From an uncultured Verrucomicrobiae bacterium (GTDB taxonomy: Bacteria > Verrucomicrobiota > Verrucomicrobiia > Chthoniobacterales > JAFAMB01): 64,000 nt of DNA. Location: positions 2,432,001 to 2,496,000 of the forward strand of contig CAWIPH010000002.1 of the NCBI GenBank assembly GCA_963837955.1, given 5' to 3'. A program made the translations under genes and the position numbers. Of the stretch, positions 38,715 to 47,504 are shown one piece after another; positions within the stretch are counted from its first letter, which is position 1; every line of letters begins with the position of its first letter. Below the pieces are notes generated by a model, which did no database searches, was not told the DNA's origin, and worked only from the letters and a program-made list of their open reading frames with translations.

Positions 38715-39875
38715 GTGAAAAGAAATCTGATGAAAATTACGTTTCTCAGCGGCCGGGTACTGACGATGGTCAGTGCTCTGTCGCTGTCCTGCGGTTTCGC
38801 AATGACGGCGATTGCGGCTGGTCCGCAAATCGTTTCCGGGCCTGGTACCGATGCCGACTGCATGAAACCATGGAGTTCGGACACAAAGTATTTCAAGTTC
38901 CCCAAGAAGGATGGACCCTATCGGATCGCGCTGGTTAACGGCTTTATTGGAAACACCTGGCGTATCCAGATGATCAAGACGGCCAAGGCTTATGCCGAAA
39001 AGGGCGACGTTAAAAGTCAGCTGAAGGAATTCAAAGTAGTCTCGACCGGCGAAGATCTCGCCGCTCAGATAGCTGCCGCGAATAACTTCATCGACTCCGG
39101 CTATGACGCCGTGATCGTCAACGCACTCAACCCTACCGCCTTCGCCCCTGTTGTTAAACGGGCCAATGCCGCAGGCGTTGTGCTCTTGTCTTTTGATAAT
39201 GTGATCGAGTCACCCGACGCCATCGTGGTCAATGTCGATCAAGTCGAGCTCGGCCGGCTGGCTGCTCGTTGGCTGTTGAAGGAAATCAAGGCGGACAGCG
39301 GCAAGCTCCTGGAAGTCCGGGGCCCTTCGGGTAACTCAGTCGACCGCGACCGCCACAACGGTTTTCACGAGGTACTCGACAAGTCAGGAAAAAAGTTTGA
39401 GGTGATCGAAGTGGTCGGCAAATGGGATGACGGAACAGCTCAGAAAGTCACGGCCGACGGGATTGCGGTGCATAAACAATTCGCGGGCGTGTACACACAG
39501 GGTGGTTCTACCGGCACGGTCCAAGCGCTTATCGATGCGCATCATCCAATGATCCCGGTATCCGGCGAGACGGAAAACGGTTATCGAAAGCTGTGCGCGA
39601 AGTACGCCGACCAAGGGCTCCATGGATCGTCTGGTGGTACTGGTCCAGCCCAGGTTGCTGTGACCATTAAAGCGGCCATCCTGGCGCTTCAGGGCAATCC
39701 GGTCCCGCAGGCCATCAGTTTGCCGGTGTCGTACGTTGAGTGGCCCAACATGAAAGAAGGCCAAGATTATTATCCCAGTCTCCAAGACAACTTCTTCGTA
39801 GGAAATTCTTTTCCAGCCTGCAATATCGGCTTCACCGCTGAAGAGATAATGGGCAAGACTGAAGCCAACCAGTGA
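38715..39875 (+). CDS. Sugar ABC transporter periplasmic binding protein
   Basis: Signal peptide; YRIALVNGFIGNTWR, GYDAVIVNA, GVVLLSFDN; RbsB-like fold. Confidence 0.9.
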   Translation: MKRNLMKITFLSGRVLTMVSALSLSCGFAMTAIAAGPQIVSGPGTDADCMKPWSSDTKYFKFPKKDGPYRIALVNGFIGNTWRIQMIKTAKAYAEKGDVKSQLKEFKVVSTGEDLAAQIAAANNFIDSGYDAVIVNALNPTAFAPVVKRANAAGVVLLSFDNVIESPDAIVVNVDQVELGRLAARWLLKEIKADSGKLLEVRGPSGNSVDRDRHNGFHEVLDKSGKKFEVIEVVGKWDDGTAQKVTADGIAVHKQFAGVYTQGGSTGTVQALIDAHHPMIPVSGETENGYRKLCAKYADQGLHGSSGGTGPAQVAVTIKAAILALQGNPVPQAISLPVSYVEWPNMKEGQDYYPSLQDNFFVGNSFPACNIGFTAEEIMGKTEANQ

Positions 39876-39898
39876 GTCTCGAACGCAAGGCCTCACTT

Positions 39899-40775
39899 CA
39901 ACAGGAGCCCGCAAAGAGAGAGATTTTAAACAAAGAGATCGCAGAGATCTCAAAGAGGGGATTCCGACTTTACCGAGACCTGGGATGCTTCAGAGGGTAC
40001 GGCCATTTGATCCTGTTCTGTGGTCAAGTATCAGTTTCTTTGTGACCTCTGTGAGCTCCTGTTCGAAAAATCTGTGTTCGCGACCTTTTGTGAAACTTGT
40101 TTGGATGGAGCGCGTGGCCTCACCGCAACAGGAGCCCGCAAAGAGAGATTTTAAACAAAGAGATCGCAGAGATCTCAAAGAGGGGATTCCGGCTCTAGCG
40201 AGACCTTGGATTGTTCAAAAGATGTGGCCATTTGATCCTCTTCTAGGGTCAAAAATCACCTCCTTTGTGACCTCTGTGAGCTCCTGTTCAAAAAATCTGT
40301 CTTCGCGACCTTTTGTGAAACTTGTTTCTATGGACCGTGTGGACTCACCTCAACAGGAGCCCGGAAAGAGAGACTTTAAACAAAGAGATCGCAGAGATCT
40401 CAAAGAGGGATTCCGGCTTTGCCAAGACCTGGGATGCTTCAGAGGGTGCCGGCGATTTGATCCTATTCTGGGGTCAAGTATCACTTTCTTTGTGACCTCT
40501 GTGAGCTCCTGTTCAAAAAATCTGTCTTCGCGACCTTTTGTGGAATTGTCTCTATGGAGCGCGCAGCTTTAACTCAACAGGAGCCCGCAAAGAGAGACTT
40601 TAAACAAAGAGATCGCAGAGATCTCAAAGAGGGGATTCCGGCTTTACCAAGACCTGGGATGCTTCAGAGGGTACGGCCATTTGATCCTATTCTGGGGTCA
40701 AGTATCACTTTCTTTGTGACCTCTGTGAGCTCCTGTTGAAAATCTGTCTTCGCGACCTTTTGTGGAACCTGTTTC
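39899..40775. repeat. Tandem array of about 4 x 225-bp units (starts 39899, 40126, 40351, 40575)
   Basis: Each unit carries CAACAGGAGCCCGCAAAGAGAGA..TTTAAACAAAGAGATCGCAGAGATCTCAAAGAGGG and the partly complementary CTTTGTGACCTCTGTGAGCTCCTGTT. Confidence 0.92.
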
Positions 40776-43515
40776 ATATACAAATGCAGCTGCGCTATTC
40801 CGTATGGATGGAATTTCGAAGCGCTACGGCGGCGTCTGTGCGCTGGAAGACGCGCGTCTCGCCTGTTTCCGTGGCCGAATTCACGCGGTCCTAGGCGAGA
40901 ATGGCGCCGGAAAATCCACGTTGATAAAGGTAATGGCTGGGGTCGTCCAACCGGATTCCGGCATCACGGAACTTGAGGGGCAACCGGTCACCTTCCGCAA
41001 TCCGGCTGCCGCGACAGCGGCTGGTATTGCCTGCATATTTCAGGAGCTGTCGCTGATCGCCGACTTATCCGTCGCGGACAATATTTCGATCACCAGCCCA
41101 CCGACACGGCTAGGCCTAATCGATCGCCGATCTCAACGTCGCTTGGCGGAGGCGGCGCTGGCCCGAGCCGGAGCCGAGGACATTCATCCGCTTTCGCCAG
41201 TTAAAGATCTGCCCCTATCCCGGCGGCAGATGGTTGAGATCGCCAAGGCACTGTCTCGCAATCCCAAGATCCTCATCCTCGATGAGGCTACGTCGGCATT
41301 GACCGCCGCAGATGTCGCCAGAGTTTTTCGGGTCTTAAAACAGCTTCGCTCGGAGGGCCTGGCCATCGTCTATATCTCGCACCGCATGCATGAGATCGCG
41401 GAACTCGCCGACGACTGCACGGTCTATCGCAACGGACGATACGTGGCGACTTTCGAAGCCGGAACCAAGACCGACGAGGCGATCGTGGAAATGATGATCG
41501 GGAGAGAGTATAAGAGCGTTTTCCCAGCGAAGCCGGCCCAAAAAACCGAGGGCGCGGCGGTGCTCAAGGTCAAGAACCTTTCTTGGGCGGGACGGCTGAG
41601 AGATATCGATCTGTCGATCAGGCCTGGCGAGGTAGTCGGTCTTGGCGGGCTCGACGGACAGGGACAACACGAGTTTCTGCTGGCTCTATTCGGTGTTTTG
41701 AGTGGCGTTTCCGGCACAATCGAGGTCGGTGGCAAACCCGTCTCCCTGAGAAGCCCATGCGCGGCCAAAAGAGAGGATATCCGTATGGCGCTGATTCCCG
41801 AGGATCGGAAGACCGAGGGATTGATGTTACCGATGTCGGTGCGCGATAACCTGTCCTTCGCCGCAATCGAACGATTTTCCCGCTTCGGCCTAATCCAGCG
41901 CGGTACGGAAGAGGAAGCGATAAAGGAGATCGTCCGGCTCCTGAACATTCGCTGTGATGGCATCGATGGTCCAGTAGGTTCACTCTCGGGTGGTAACCAG
42001 CAGAAGGTAGTCATTGGCAAATGGCTGATGACCGAGCCGCGAATCATCCTGCTCAACGATCCGACGCGGGGGGTTGACGTCGGTACGAAACAGGAGCTTT
42101 ACCAAAGCCTTCGGCGGTTGGCTGACCAGGGGGCTGCGATCTTGTTTTATTCCACGGATTACGATGAGCTGATCGGCTGTTGTGACCGAGTATTGGTTCT
42201 TTACGGCGGAACTGTTGTGCGAGTTCTCGAAGGGAAAGCGATCACCGAGCGGAATCTCGTCACGAGTGCTCTGAATTTACCGGTGGCAGATGGAAGTAGC
42301 GTAATCGCAGCAACGGCGTCAACAGAGGTGGGGCTAGGGGAAGGATCGGGCGTGTCCGGAATAGCTTTCGGCTCGTCAAGCTCGGCGTCGATGCAACCAG
42401 CTGCGTCGGATTCTCATGCGCCGCGGATTGACGAGATCCGACGTCGCCGAATGGATGTTCCCTCCGCCAGAGCGAACGAAGGCTATGCCGGACAGGCGCA
42501 ACCCCTCCCAGAGACGAGATCCAAACGTAAGAGCGATTGGCACTTTTACATTGGCGCTCAGCGCAGAATTCTTTTCGCTGTTGCGCTTTTCCTCGTGATG
42601 TTCACGCTTTACGTCACGAAACATCCTGGCGGTTTTAGCGCGCGAATTCTTAATACGGCGGCTAACAAAGGGGTCTTGCTTGCGCTGGTGGCGATGGCCC
42701 AAACCATCCCGATCCTTACCGCCGGTCTCGACCTCTCTGTCGGTATGGTGTTTGTACTCGCGAACTGCATCGCCTCTACGCTGGTCGTCGGCTCACCTCT
42801 GGAGACGGCCTTCGGAGTGGCAGCGGTCCTTCTTGCGGGAGTCGTCTGCGGGGCAATCAATGGCGCCATAGTCGTATTTGGCCGGTTGCAGCCCATCATT
42901 GCGACGATTGCTACAGGGGCAATCTATTATGGCTTGGCCCTTTGGTTAAGGCCTGCTCCGGGCGGCACAATCAACACCGATTTTGCTGATGCCGTAGTAG
43001 GGTCGTTGCCTGGCGGCATTCCGGTTACCCTGGTTCTCCTGCTGGGTGTGGTGTTCTTGTTTTGGCTACCCTATAAGCGTTCGGTCCTGGGTCGTGCCGC
43101 CTATGCCATAGGCTCTTCCGAGCAGGGTGCCTTCATGTCCGGTATTCCAGTTGGCCGCGCAAAGTTCCTCGCTTATTTGATGGCTGGTGTCCTTGCCTCG
43201 ATGGCCGGCCTGCTCTTGACCTGTATCACTTATTCCGGAGAAGCGAATACGGTGCTAGGGAGCACCTATACGCTCAATTCGATCGCGGCAGTCGTGCTTG
43301 GCGGAACCTCGCTTTTCGGCGGCTCGGGTGGTGCCATTGGCTCGATCTTCGGCGCCTTCGTTCTGAGAACCATCGGCGATCTGCTCATAACATTCGATCT
43401 AGATCCGCTTTGGCAGCCGCTCTACCTTGGGGTCGTTCTGCTCGTCGCTGTCAGTCTCAGTTCTTTCCGGCTACTTCGGATCAAGAATAGGTTAGAAATT
43501 TACCTCGGAGGCTAA
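40762..43515 (+). CDS. Fused sugar ABC ATPase (two NBDs, RbsA-like) plus permease (RbsC-like)
   Basis: GENGAGKST, LILDEATS, LSGGNQQKV and LLNDPTRGVDVG, then an ~85-aa linker, then GLDLSVG, QPIIATIA and SIAAVVLGGTSLFGG in one open frame. Confidence 0.88.
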   Translation: MEPVSYTNAAALFRMDGISKRYGGVCALEDARLACFRGRIHAVLGENGAGKSTLIKVMAGVVQPDSGITELEGQPVTFRNPAAATAAGIACIFQELSLIADLSVADNISITSPPTRLGLIDRRSQRRLAEAALARAGAEDIHPLSPVKDLPLSRRQMVEIAKALSRNPKILILDEATSALTAADVARVFRVLKQLRSEGLAIVYISHRMHEIAELADDCTVYRNGRYVATFEAGTKTDEAIVEMMIGREYKSVFPAKPAQKTEGAAVLKVKNLSWAGRLRDIDLSIRPGEVVGLGGLDGQGQHEFLLALFGVLSGVSGTIEVGGKPVSLRSPCAAKREDIRMALIPEDRKTEGLMLPMSVRDNLSFAAIERFSRFGLIQRGTEEEAIKEIVRLLNIRCDGIDGPVGSLSGGNQQKVVIGKWLMTEPRIILLNDPTRGVDVGTKQELYQSLRRLADQGAAILFYSTDYDELIGCCDRVLVLYGGTVVRVLEGKAITERNLVTSALNLPVADGSSVIAATASTEVGLGEGSGVSGIAFGSSSSASMQPAASDSHAPRIDEIRRRRMDVPSARANEGYAGQAQPLPETRSKRKSDWHFYIGAQRRILFAVALFLVMFTLYVTKHPGGFSARILNTAANKGVLLALVAMAQTIPILTAGLDLSVGMVFVLANCIASTLVVGSPLETAFGVAAVLLAGVVCGAINGAIVVFGRLQPIIATIATGAIYYGLALWLRPAPGGTINTDFADAVVGSLPGGIPVTLVLLLGVVFLFWLPYKRSVLGRAAYAIGSSEQGAFMSGIPVGRAKFLAYLMAGVLASMAGLLLTCITYSGEANTVLGSTYTLNSIAAVVLGGTSLFGGSGGAIGSIFGAFVLRTIGDLLITFDLDPLWQPLYLGVVLLVAVSLSSFRLLRIKNRLEIYLGG

Positions 43516-43521
43516 TAGGCG

Positions 43522-44475
43522 ATGCAAGCCCGGATATTGAAGCGCATTGATCCAATCGTGATTGCCGTCTCCGGCTGCATCATCGCTTTGCTGTTCGTCG
43601 GTTCATTCTACTCCTCCAATTTCCTTTCTCCGGAGTACCTCTTGCAACAACTGCAGGTAGCTTCTTTTCTCGGTATTATCGCCTCGGGACTTATGCTCAT
43701 CATCCTGCTCGGCCAGATCGATCTATCGATCCCATGGGTCGTGACGATTGGCGGCATGATGTCGACTACCGCGGGAGGCTGGGGCCAGATGGGAACCACG
43801 CTAGCCATCCCGTTCGGCATAATGTGCGGCCTCTGCGTCGGCCTGGTGAACGGAGTCGGTGTCGCCTATCTTCGCGTGCCCTCGATGATTTTTACCCTGA
43901 GCACGAACGTTCTGGCCCAAGGGTTGATGATTGTCCATACGAGTGGCTACGCCCCGCAAGACCGCGCTACAGCGACCATGCATCTGATTGCGGTGGGCCG
44001 GTCGCTATTCGGCATTCCCAATGCGCTCTGGGTATGGGGGGCGGTCGCCCTCATCGTAATCATACTGCTGACCCGAACCGTCTTAGGTCGTCGGATTTAT
44101 GCGATTGGCAATCGCGAATCGGCCGCCTACCTATCTGGCGTCGACACGCGCCAGGTGATCCTCATCTGCTTTGCTATTTCCGGGTCTTGCTCAGCTCTCT
44201 CCGGCGTGCTTTTGGCCGGCTACTCTACGCATGCTTATCAGGCAATGGGCGACCCTTATCTTCTTCCCGCGATTGCAGCGGTGGTTTTGGGTGGCACTCG
44301 AATTTTAGGTGGTCGCGGTACCTTTCTCGGCACGATCGCCGGCGTGATCTTGATAACCCTCCTGCAGTCGATACTTTCGGTCGTGCAGATGCCAGAGGCT
44401 GGCCGTCAGGTCATTTACGGTATCGTCATCATTTCGATGCTGCTGGTTTATGGCCGAGAGCGCGCTGAGCAGTGA
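43522..44475 (+). CDS. Sugar ABC transporter permease
   Basis: GQIDLS, GRRIYAIGNRESAAYLSGV and IAAVVLGGTRILGGRG motifs. Confidence 0.93.
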   Translation: MQARILKRIDPIVIAVSGCIIALLFVGSFYSSNFLSPEYLLQQLQVASFLGIIASGLMLIILLGQIDLSIPWVVTIGGMMSTTAGGWGQMGTTLAIPFGIMCGLCVGLVNGVGVAYLRVPSMIFTLSTNVLAQGLMIVHTSGYAPQDRATATMHLIAVGRSLFGIPNALWVWGAVALIVIILLTRTVLGRRIYAIGNRESAAYLSGVDTRQVILICFAISGSCSALSGVLLAGYSTHAYQAMGDPYLLPAIAAVVLGGTRILGGRGTFLGTIAGVILITLLQSILSVVQMPEAGRQVIYGIVIISMLLVYGRERAEQ

Positions 44476-44728
44476 GGGAAGGTAGGATTTAGAAGCTAGA
44501 ATTTGGAATTTAGAAGTTGGAAGTAAGCAGTTACAAAACGCGGACGCTGTTCAGGCGAGCCGGGAACACCGAGACACGACACCTGACGTACGCCTCGGAT
44601 CCGTTCCCGGCGTTCTCGGCGATGACGGCGCTCCCGGCGTTATTTCGTTAGGAGTAAGACACTGATGGTGAGCTAATTACGATGATTATTACGGAATTTT
44701 ACAAATTACATTTTGAAAGGTATTTCAG

Positions 44729-46459
44729 ATGACAGTTGAATCCAACGGGTCGCTTCGCTCTCAAGCCTGGTTCGGAGGCACCAGTCGCGATGTGTTTATT
44801 CATCGTAGCTGGATGCGGAATCAGGGATTGCCGGACGATGTTTTCGACGGCCGGCCGGTGATTGGGATCTGTAATACCTATTCAGAGCTCACGCCGTGCA
44901 ACGCCCATTTTCGCGGGTTAGCAGACAAGGTGAAACAGGGGGTCCTGCAGGCGGGCGGTGTCGCGTTCGAATTTCCTGTGATGTCGCTGGGCGAATCAAA
45001 CCTACGGCCTACTGCGATGCTGTTTCGGAACCTGGCCAGTATGGATGTGGAGGAGTCGATTCGAGGCAATCCGATTGATGGGGTTGTTCTGCTGACTGGA
45101 TGCGACAAGACCACGCCTGCTCTGCTCATGGGAGCGGCCAGCTGCGATCTTCCGAGCATCGTGGTGTCCGGCGGACCGATGTTGAACGGCCGATTCAAAG
45201 GGCAAACTATCGGCTCAGGAACCAGCGTTTGGCAATTCTCGGAAGCGGTGCGGGCCGGCCAGATGACGATGTGTGAATTTTCGGAAGCGGAAGCCTGCAT
45301 GTCCCGAAGCGCCGGACATTGCATGACGATGGGCACAGCTTCCACGATGGCATCGATGGTGGAAGCGCTGGGTGTGGCCCTGCCACACAACGCGGCGATT
45401 CCAGCCGTTGATTCAAGGCGGAGTGTCCTCGCTCAAATGGCCGGACGCCGTATTGTCGAGATGGTCCGGGAAGATTTGCGGCTCTCAAAGATCCTGACGC
45501 GCGAAGCCTTTGAGAACGCGATCCGGGTGAACGGGGCAGTTGGCGGTTCAACCAACGGGGTCATTCATCTTCTAGCGATTGCCGGACGAGTGGGTATTAA
45601 GGTAACCCTCGATGATTGGGACAAGCTCGGTCGAGCGGTTCCAACGATCGTGGACCTGATGCCTTCCGGACGTTTCTTGATGGAAGACTTCTATTATGCC
45701 GGCGGGCTCCCGGTGGTGATGCGCCGTCTGGCCGAAGCTGGACTGCTTCACTCTTCCATCCAGACTGTCAGCGGTACGACCGTCTGGGAAAACATTCGAA
45801 ATGCCGAATGCTACAATTCTGAGGTGATCCGCCCGCTGGCGAAGCCACTCGTTCATTCCGGCGGCATCGCCGTGTTGCGTGGGAATCTGGCTCCTGACGG
45901 GGCTGTAATCAAACCTTCCGCTGCAAGTGCGCACCTGCTCAAACATACGGGCAAAGCAATCGTCTTCGAGAACATTGAACATTACCACGAGCGGATCAAT
46001 GACCCCGGCTTGGAGGCCGACGAAAACTCGATTCTTGTCCTGAAGAATTGCGGTCCACGGGGCTACCCAGGTATGGCGGAAGTTGGAAATATGGGATTAC
46101 CTCCGGCTTTGCTCAAGCGCGGCATCACCGACATGATTCGCATTTCGGATGCCCGCATGAGCGGGACAGCTTACGGGACCGTTGTTTTACACTGTGCTCC
46201 CGAAGCAGCGGTTGGAGGTCCGCTCGCTCTGGTCCACGATGGAGATCTCATTGAGGTGGATGTTGAGAACCGGATTCTTCGGTTGTTGGTAGACGAGATG
46301 GAGTTGGAAAAACGCCGCAGCGCTTGGACTCCGCCCGAGCTGCCGTCCGGAGGATATGAACGCCTATATTGCGAGCGAGTGATGCAAGCCAATCTCGGCG
46401 CCGATTTTGATTTCCTTCTTGGCGCCCGGGGCCACGACGTACCGCGACCGTCGCATTGA
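44729..46459 (+). CDS. IlvD/Edd family sugar-acid dehydratase (L-arabinonate/D-xylonate dehydratase-like)
   Basis: LRSQAWFG, PCNAH, RPTAMLFRNLASMDVEE, GCDKTTP, GHCMTMGTAST and DARMSGTAYGT motifs. Confidence 0.92.
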   Translation: MTVESNGSLRSQAWFGGTSRDVFIHRSWMRNQGLPDDVFDGRPVIGICNTYSELTPCNAHFRGLADKVKQGVLQAGGVAFEFPVMSLGESNLRPTAMLFRNLASMDVEESIRGNPIDGVVLLTGCDKTTPALLMGAASCDLPSIVVSGGPMLNGRFKGQTIGSGTSVWQFSEAVRAGQMTMCEFSEAEACMSRSAGHCMTMGTASTMASMVEALGVALPHNAAIPAVDSRRSVLAQMAGRRIVEMVREDLRLSKILTREAFENAIRVNGAVGGSTNGVIHLLAIAGRVGIKVTLDDWDKLGRAVPTIVDLMPSGRFLMEDFYYAGGLPVVMRRLAEAGLLHSSIQTVSGTTVWENIRNAECYNSEVIRPLAKPLVHSGGIAVLRGNLAPDGAVIKPSAASAHLLKHTGKAIVFENIEHYHERINDPGLEADENSILVLKNCGPRGYPGMAEVGNMGLPPALLKRGITDMIRISDARMSGTAYGTVVLHCAPEAAVGGPLALVHDGDLIEVDVENRILRLLVDEMELEKRRSAWTPPELPSGGYERLYCERVMQANLGADFDFLLGARGHDVPRPSH

Positions 46460-46515
46460 GGAAGGGGGATGGAGGACCGAATACGGAATTTAGAATTCAG
46501 AATCCCGATCCACCC

Positions 46516-47343
46516 ATGCATCTTTACCGAACGACCAAGGGCTTCTTGTTGAGAGTGGACGCTCACTTTTTCAACGTCCACGGCACCGATTTCGATGAGC
46601 TGTTGAATCTTCCGAATCTGCATGATCATCTGGTGGACGTCTCGCGCAAAACGCCAGTTATAGAAGCGCCGCTGCCGGAGGAAATGCTTGCGCCAATCGG
46701 GACTCAGGAGATTTGGGCTGCCGGCGTTACTTACGAGCGAAGTCGGGAGGGTCGCCGGGAGGAATCCAAGGAAAGCGGGGCCGCTGTCTTTTACACAAGG
46801 GTATACGATGCTGCGCGTCCCGAGCTTTTCTTCAAAGCAGCGGGATGGAGGGCGATCGGTCCCGGTGGCAAGATTCGCGTGCGTAAAGATGCTCAGTGGA
46901 ATGTGCCGGAGCCCGAGCTAGTGCTGGTGATCAACGCGGAGCAACAGATAATTGGCTATACTTTAGGCAACGACGTTTCGTCGCGGGATATCGAGGGTGA
47001 AAACCCGTTGTATCTTCCCCAAGCCAAAGTGTACGACGGTAGTTGTGCGCTCGGACCTGCGATTTGGATCAGCGACCAGCCATTAGACCTCAACGCAGAA
47101 ATAACCTTGGTAGTTGAGCGTTCCAATAAGCCCGTATTCCAAGGCAGTGTGTCGCTTGTCCGTATTCGCCGCCGGTTTAACGAGTTGGTGGAGTATTTGT
47201 ATCGTGAAATCAGTTTCCCAGACGGCGCTTTTTTATTGACCGGAACCGGCATCGTTCCTCCGAATGACTTTACGTTGTTATCCGGCGATGTCGTCAGGAT
47301 CGCCGCCGCCCCGATCGGTGAACTCGTAAACGAGGTTGCCTGA
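46516..47343 (+). CDS. FAH-family 2-keto-3-deoxy-pentonate dehydratase-like (XylX-type)
   Basis: QEIWAAGVTYERSR, RPELFFKA, WNVPEPEL and GNDVSSRDIEGENPLYLPQAKVY motifs; ATG 46516. Confidence 0.85.
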   Translation: MHLYRTTKGFLLRVDAHFFNVHGTDFDELLNLPNLHDHLVDVSRKTPVIEAPLPEEMLAPIGTQEIWAAGVTYERSREGRREESKESGAAVFYTRVYDAARPELFFKAAGWRAIGPGGKIRVRKDAQWNVPEPELVLVINAEQQIIGYTLGNDVSSRDIEGENPLYLPQAKVYDGSCALGPAIWISDQPLDLNAEITLVVERSNKPVFQGSVSLVRIRRRFNELVEYLYREISFPDGAFLLTGTGIVPPNDFTLLSGDVVRIAAAPIGELVNEVA

Positions 47344-47504
47344 CCTTCCTTTAGGAAGAACAAACAGACGAACCGGAACCCTGAGCGGCTCACGCAAGGC
47401 GTTCGCCCTACCGATCAGGGGCGCCGGCCCAGGCGTTGGTGGGGCGAAAATTTATTTGAGCCGCATCTCCGTGATCTTCGCGTCCTTCTGTGTAAAAATT
47501 GCTT

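Noticed and set aside
39899..40775. CRISPR array or repeat-protein genes (ORFs 39985-40572, 40554-40739, 39384-39953)
   Set aside because: Whole 225-bp units are homologous with no unique spacers; indels between copies shift frames, so the ORFs look like by-products of the repeat.
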